Below are positions 59,118-64,000 of a DNA stretch of 64,000 bases, piece by piece (position 1 is the stretch's first letter; each line of letters opens with the position of its first letter). The position numbers and the translations under genes are program-made. Source of the stretch: Thermodesulfobacteriota bacterium (lineage in GTDB: Bacteria; Desulfobacterota_D; UBA1144; Nemesobacterales; Mycalebacteriaceae). Location: contig OZ242184.1 in NCBI GenBank assembly GCA_965205855.1, positions 334,853 to 398,852 of the forward strand, in the 5' to 3' direction. The notes below the pieces were generated by a model. The model did no database searches and was not told the DNA's origin. It saw only the letters and a program-made list of their open reading frames with translations.

Positions 59118-60046
59118 GCAAAAATTTTCTGAGCGTTTTTGATCTTTCCGCGGGCGATATAACGAGTATAATCGCGCGCTCTTTTGAACACAGGGAAATG
59201 CGCGAGCTGAAAGCTGTGGGAAAATCTCTTGAAGGAAAAACGGTGGGGATTGTTTTTGAGAAGCCATCCACCCGAACAAGGGTTTCATTTGAAGCGGCGG
59301 CGTCTCTTCTCGGAGCGCATCCAGTCTTTATAGATTCCGGAAGCACTCAGATAAACCGTGGCGAAACCCTTGAAGACACAGCAAGGGTTCTTTCCTCCTA
59401 CCTTGATATTATCGTTATGAGAACTCATGAACATGAGAGGATAGAGAGGTTCGCGGCTAGTTCCTCGGTCCCCGTTATCAACGCGCTTACCGACCTTGAG
59501 CATCCCACTCAGGCGCTTGCGGATATCTTCACGATAGTGACTCACGACATTGATATGGAGAGTTTCAAACTCGCCTACATAGGAGATGGCAACAATGTGG
59601 CGAATTCCCTGATTGGAATTTCGTCCATACTCGGTTTTGACATAAGCATCGCGGCCCCGAAAGGGCACGAGCCAGACGAAGGAGTTCTCAAAAAAAGTGG
59701 AAAAAGCAACGGCAGGGCGGCTCATATAAACATTACCGACGATCCTCGCAAAGCAGTTGAAGACGCCGATGTTATCTACACCGATGTGTGGGTCAGCATG
59801 GGGCAGGAAGAAAACGGGGAGGATACCCGAAAGGGTTTTGAACCTTATCAGGTGAATTCGGAACTGTTGTCCCATGCTCCCGAAGATGCGGTTGTAATGC
59901 ACTGCCTTCCCGCCCACAGGGGGGAGGAGATTACGGCGGAAATTATGGACGACGGGAAAAGATTTATCGCTTTTGAACAGGCGGAGAACAAACTCCATAC
60001 GGCAAAAGCTGTGCTTGAGTTCTTTCTCGGATGGAAAGGGGATTAG
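59114..60046 (+). CDS. argF: ornithine carbamoyltransferase
   Basis: STRTRVSFE and HCLP motifs. Start set at MSKNF to overlap the argD stop by 4 nt. Confidence 0.85.
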   Translation: MSKNFLSVFDLSAGDITSIIARSFEHREMRELKAVGKSLEGKTVGIVFEKPSTRTRVSFEAAASLLGAHPVFIDSGSTQINRGETLEDTARVLSSYLDIIVMRTHEHERIERFAASSSVPVINALTDLEHPTQALADIFTIVTHDIDMESFKLAYIGDGNNVANSLIGISSILGFDISIAAPKGHEPDEGVLKKSGKSNGRAAHINITDDPRKAVEDADVIYTDVWVSMGQEENGEDTRKGFEPYQVNSELLSHAPEDAVVMHCLPAHRGEEITAEIMDDGKRFIAFEQAENKLHTAKAVLEFFLGWKGD

Positions 60047-60103
60047 GGGCTAATCTGTCAGGATCCTTATCGGGATTGAAACATTTCGGAATAGGAAAAG
60101 TCC

Positions 60104-60664
60104 CTAAACTTTTGAAATCTTCGGTGGTGTAATACCTTTCTGTTTCTGATACTTCCCTTTTTTGTCCGCGTAGGATTTTTCGCAAACCTCATCGCCGTCA
60201 AAAAAAAGAACCTGCGCTATTCCCTCTCCTGCGTATATCTTTGCGGGAAGAGGCGTGGTGTTTGAGATTTCAAGAGTTACAAAACCCTCCCACTCCGGCT
60301 CAAACGGGGTTACATTGACTATTATTCCGCATCTTGCGTATGTTGATTTGCCCACGCAGACGGTCAGCACACTGCGCGGGATTCTGAAATACTCAACGGT
60401 TCTTGCCAAAGCAAAGGAGTTAGGAGGAATTACACAATCGCCTTTGATTGAAACAAACGATTTTTTATCAAACTTTTTAGGGTCAACAAGGGTGCTGTGA
60501 ATATTTGTGAACACCTGAAACTCATCGCTTACCCTTATGTCGTAGCCGTAAGATGAAAGCCCGTATGATATTTTGCCCTTGCTTACCTGTGACTGCACAA
60601 ACGGCTCTATCATTTTTTCCTTGCGAGCCATCTTTTTTATCCATCTGTCGGATTTTATTCCCAA
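60104..60664 (-). CDS. dcd: dCTP deaminase
   Basis: [10 protein letters not shown]-terminus and a trimeric dUTPase-like fold. Confidence 0.8.
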   Translation of the reverse strand: MGIKSDRWIKKMARKEKMIEPFVQSQVSKGKISYGLSSYGYDIRVSDEFQVFTNIHSTLVDPKKFDKKSFVSIKGDCVIPPNSFALARTVEYFRIPRSVLTVCVGKSTYARCGIIVNVTPFEPEWEGFVTLEISNTTPLPAKIYAGEGIAQVLFFDGDEVCEKSYADKKGKYQKQKGITPPKISKV

Positions 60665-60690
60665 TTTTGCCTCCTTAAATCGGTCTGTTT

Positions 60691-61740
60691 TTATGAAAAC
60701 TGACGGAGAAACCTTATGTCATTTTCAAAGAAAAGCCGTATGTCGTCAATTCCGAACTTCAACATTGCCATTCTTTCAATTCCCATGCCGAAAGCAAATC
60801 CCGAGTATTCATCGGGGTCATATCCGACATTGTTGAACACCGCCGGGTCAACCATCCCGCAACCCAACACCTCAACCCAGCCGCTCTGTTTACAAACCCT
60901 GCATCCCTTTCCAGCGCATATAGCACACTCTATATCCACCTCCGCGCTCGGTTCGGTGAAAGGGAAAAAACTCGGCCTGAACCTGATGTTGGTCTCGGCT
61001 TCAAAATACATATTGATAAAGTGAATTATAACGGATTTGAGATTCGCAAAACTTATGTCTCTGTCAACCATCAGACCTTCAACTTGATGAAACATCGGGG
61101 AATGGGAAACATCACTGTCGCATCTGTAAACTTTGCCGGGGACAATTACCCTAAGCGGCGGCCTCTGTTTTTCCATCGTGCGAATCTGAACCGGAGAAGT
61201 GTGTGTGCGCAAAACCATCTTGTCGGATATGTAGAAAGTGTCCTGCATATCTCGCGCGGGATGGTTTTCGGGGATGTTGAGTGCCTCAAAATTGTAGTAG
61301 TCAAGCTCCACTTCGGGCCCGTCCATAACTGAAAAACCCATCCTTTCAAATATCCGTGAAATTGACTTCATAACCAGAGTAACGGGATGAAGCGAACCCG
61401 CTGTATTTCTTCGCCCCGGAAGCGTAATGTCTATCTTGTCCCCTGAAAGTGATTTTTCTGCGCTGGCGCTTTTCAGCTCCAGAGTTTTATCGCGGACAAA
61501 ATCCTCAATATCTTTTTTTGATTTGTTTAGAACCGCTCCCGCGCCGCGCTTCCGTTCGGGAGAAAGGTCTTTGAGTGACTTCAGCATTGATGTCAGCGAG
61601 CCTTTCTTACCGATGTAGCGCGATTTTATTTTGTGTACTGAAGCCTCGTCCTCCGCGGCGGCTATTTCTGTCCGCGCGTTTTCTGTTTCGCGTTTTACGC
61701 GAGCTTCCGTCTCATCGGTTGTTTCGTCTGTTCCGCTCAT
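60691..61740 (-). CDS. pheS: phenylalanyl-tRNA synthetase alpha subunit
   Basis: Class II motifs 2 and 3 ([25 protein letters not shown]). Confidence 0.9.
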   Translation of the reverse strand: MSGTDETTDETEARVKRETENARTEIAAAEDEASVHKIKSRYIGKKGSLTSMLKSLKDLSPERKRGAGAVLNKSKKDIEDFVRDKTLELKSASAEKSLSGDKIDITLPGRRNTAGSLHPVTLVMKSISRIFERMGFSVMDGPEVELDYYNFEALNIPENHPARDMQDTFYISDKMVLRTHTSPVQIRTMEKQRPPLRVIVPGKVYRCDSDVSHSPMFHQVEGLMVDRDISFANLKSVIIHFINMYFEAETNIRFRPSFFPFTEPSAEVDIECAICAGKGCRVCKQSGWVEVLGCGMVDPAVFNNVGYDPDEYSGFAFGMGIERMAMLKFGIDDIRLFFENDIRFLRQFS

Positions 61741-62645
61741 TTCACCGCGCCTTCTTTTCTCATTTTGACCACAAAATAAGTTGCGACAAAGATTGACGAA
61801 TAAGTTCCCGCTATTACTCCGACCATCAGGGTGAACGCGAAACCATGTATGACCGAGCCGCCGAGAAAGAAGAGAGGAACAAGAACACTAAATACTGTGA
61901 CGGTTGTAAGAATCGTCCGCGAGAGTGTACGGGTGATTCCAAGGTCAATGGCGCGGGTGAAATCACCGGCGGTTTCTTCGTCCTCGAGGGTTTCCCTTAT
62001 CCGGTCGAATATGACTATGGTGTCGTTCACCGAGTAGCCGACCACCATAAGTAGCGCGGCGACTATGGAGAGGGTAATTTCTTTGTCGGCAAAAGCTAGA
62101 AAACCCATTGTTACAAGAAAATCGTGAAGAAGCGCCACTACCGCTCCTGTCGCGTATCCGATTTCAAACCTGAATAACAGATACAGAAGAACGACCGCGC
62201 AGCCTAGCAAAAGGGCTATTATCGCCTTTTGCACAAACTCCCGTCCGACATTGGGACCCACATAGTCAATCCGCAATATCTGAATTTTTTGAAAACGCCG
62301 GGTTTTTTCGCCGGCGGAAATCAAACCGTTTTTAAAAACGTTGACTTCCTCCGATGAGATTTTGCCCGCGGGAAATTTGACAAGAAACTCGCTGTCCGCC
62401 TTTATTCCAAACCTCTGAACGGATGCCGGTTTGTAGTCGTAGGAAAGAAAAAGGTCTCTCACTTCCTCTTCGGTTATAACGGAACCGGAAATAGGAGCTT
62501 TGATGTGAACTTCCGTTCCGCCCGTGAATTCAACTCCGGGTTTCGGGCCGCCGTCAATAACGATTGCCGAAAGACACGCGGTGAGCAAAACCGCAGAAAA
62601 AACCGACGCCTTGCCGAAAAGTGATGTGAAATTGAAAACTTTCAT
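61737..62645 (-). CDS. secF: protein translocase subunit SecF
   Basis: Six-TM SecD/F family protein, 4-nt overlap with pheS, adjacent to secD. Confidence 0.85.
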   Translation of the reverse strand: MKVFNFTSLFGKASVFSAVLLTACLSAIVIDGGPKPGVEFTGGTEVHIKAPISGSVITEEEVRDLFLSYDYKPASVQRFGIKADSEFLVKFPAGKISSEEVNVFKNGLISAGEKTRRFQKIQILRIDYVGPNVGREFVQKAIIALLLGCAVVLLYLLFRFEIGYATGAVVALLHDFLVTMGFLAFADKEITLSIVAALLMVVGYSVNDTIVIFDRIRETLEDEETAGDFTRAIDLGITRTLSRTILTTVTVFSVLVPLFFLGGSVIHGFAFTLMVGVIAGTYSSIFVATYFVVKMRKEGAVK

Positions 62646-62668
62646 TGATTAAAAAGCCCTTCTTGCGC

Positions 62669-64000
62669 TCAAACTTCCGCCTTTTTCCCGCTCCTCCATA
62701 TTGCCACCGAAATGAGCCGTGCCACTATCAGATTGCTAAATACGGTGCAGACTATTCCCGCGCACAAGGTGGCGGCAAAACCTTTTATCTGACCGTCCCC
62801 GAACCAGAACAGCACAATCCCCGCAAGCAGGGTTGTAACATTGGCGTCCAGAATTGTCCTGACCGATCTTTTGTATCCTGTTTCAATGGCGTGGAAATGA
62901 GATTTTCCCGCTCGCATCTCTTCCCTGATTCTCTCAAAAATTATTATGTTTCCGTCAACGGCGATGCCGAGAGTAAGAATCATTCCCGCGATTCCCGGAA
63001 GCGTAAGCGTTACTCCGAGGGAAGCGAGAAGCCCCATTATCAGAAGCATATTCAGCCCGAGCGCGGCGTTGGCAACCATTCCTTGGGCACCGTAGTAGAG
63101 CGCCATAAACAAAATTACCAGCGCGCCGCCCACAAGCATTGAAAGTTTCCCTTTCTGTATGGAATCTCTGCCGAGCGAGGGTCCTATGAGTCTTTCCTGT
63201 TCCACCACGACCGGAACCGGCAGGGAACCGGAACGCAAAACAAGAGCGAGATCCTGCGCTTCTGCTTGAGTGAATGAACCGGTTATTTGTCCCTCAAAAC
63301 TGATGCGGCTTTGAACTACCGGCGCCGATTTTACAACACCGTCAAGAACTATCGCAAGCCGGTTGCCTATGTTGGCGGCGGTAAGTTTCCCGAACTTTCC
63401 CGCTCCCTTGCTGGAAAAACTGAACGAGACCGAGGGGTCGCCGTAATTGTCAAACGCAAGACGCGCGTCTGATATGTGTTCGCCCGTAACTGCGGCTTTT
63501 GATTCCGTTATAAAGAAATTTTCATTTTCGTCCCCGTGCGCATGGTGAACGGAAAGACCTTTTTCTGCAAGATCCTCTCCGGGCTCAATCCCCGCGTTCA
63601 CAATCGCCTGCTCGCGTGAAAATCCCTGCCCGTGAACTATTTTGAACTCCAGCACGGCGGTTTTCTTTATTATGTCAACAATTCTGTCCCTGTCTTTGTC
63701 CGATGCACCGGGAACCTGTATCACAATTCTGTTGTCGCCCAGTTTTGTTATTGACGGTTCCACAAGACCGAAATCAAGAACGCGGTTTTCTATTACCTGT
63801 CTTACTTGCTCAATGGAGTTGTTTCTTATTCGGGACAAATGGTAGGAGTCGGGGAAAACCCTGAGAAGAAGTTTTTTTTCGTCCGGTTCCAGGGTGAAAT
63901 CTCCAAATTTTTTCTCAATCGTTCTCTGCGCTTTTTCAAAAGACGGAGCGTCGGCAAACTCCATTGTGAGAACAAAGTTCTCAACTTTCGCTTTTCGGAT
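62669..64000 (-). CDS. secD: protein translocase subunit SecD (5' end probably beyond the window)
   Basis: SecD/F family with periplasmic domain plus C-terminal TMs. The longest ATG ORF starts at 63964, but the full gene is expected to be longer. Confidence 0.75.
   Translation of the reverse strand: MRKAKVENFVLTMEFADAPSFEKAQRTIEKKFGDFTLEPDEKKLLLRVFPDSYHLSRIRNNSIEQVRQVIENRVLDFGLVEPSITKLGDNRIVIQVPGASDKDRDRIVDIIKKTAVLEFKIVHGQGFSREQAIVNAGIEPGEDLAEKGLSVHHAHGDENENFFITESKAAVTGEHISDARLAFDNYGDPSVSFSFSSKGAGKFGKLTAANIGNRLAIVLDGVVKSAPVVQSRISFEGQITGSFTQAEAQDLALVLRSGSLPVPVVVEQERLIGPSLGRDSIQKGKLSMLVGGALVILFMALYYGAQGMVANAALGLNMLLIMGLLASLGVTLTLPGIAGMILTLGIAVDGNIIIFERIREEMRAGKSHFHAIETGYKRSVRTILDANVTTLLAGIVLFWFGDGQIKGFAATLCAGIVCTVFSNLIVARLISVAIWRSGKKAEV

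Noticed and set aside
59285-59998. 237-aa ORF antisense to argF
   Set aside because: Shadow ORF. argF motifs occupy the other strand.

Overview
This 64 kb window is bacterial chromosomal DNA at roughly 55% GC, mostly housekeeping genes with strong operon coupling. In order, it carries the following blocks.

- An APC permease fused to PTS-EIIA and TrkA-C domains, a HAD phosphatase, and purK-purE.
- A roughly 3.4 kb low-GC island at about 4485-7950. It encodes an HNH nuclease, a beta-class DNA methyltransferase, a candidate PD-(D/E)xK restriction enzyme, and a RES-Xre toxin-antitoxin pair with a palindromic operator.
- A caa3-type cytochrome oxidase cluster (ctaB, ctaA, coxIV, coxIII, coxI, coxII-cyt c, SCO).
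- An FAD oxidoreductase, a DUF2085 membrane/secreted pair, a family-6 uracil-DNA glycosylase, and a subtilase autotransporter.
- argG, rluD, a SAM hydroxide adenosyltransferase, a pilin-like gene and birA.
- A tRNA(CAU), a DUF164 zinc-ribbon protein, RNase HI and RNase P RNA (rnpB).
- mqnD and mqnA (futalosine pathway), a dGTPase-like HD protein, hisF-hisA, and an EVE-meaB-rng-thioesterase-epimerase operon.
- tatA, trxB and a YgfZ-like protein.
- gyrB, followed 4 nt later by an 851-aa Mrr-nuclease/SF2-DEAH-helicase fusion that ends in three nearly identical 198-bp tandem repeats.
- proS, ispG, tsaB, recA, cinA, pgpA (no canonical start codon), ogt, parA, parB, purS, purQ.
- A 370-bp AT-rich spacer, then a TusA-like/CysM/JAMM sulfur-carrier cluster.
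- A LysM-NlpC/P60 protein, xerC-hslV-hslU, argB-argD-argF, dcd, pheS, secF and secD (partial).

The Mrr-helicase-repeat protein and the low-GC restriction-modification/HNH/toxin-antitoxin island are the main candidates for something new. Every call below comes from reading motifs in the supplied translations and raw sequence; no database searches were run.
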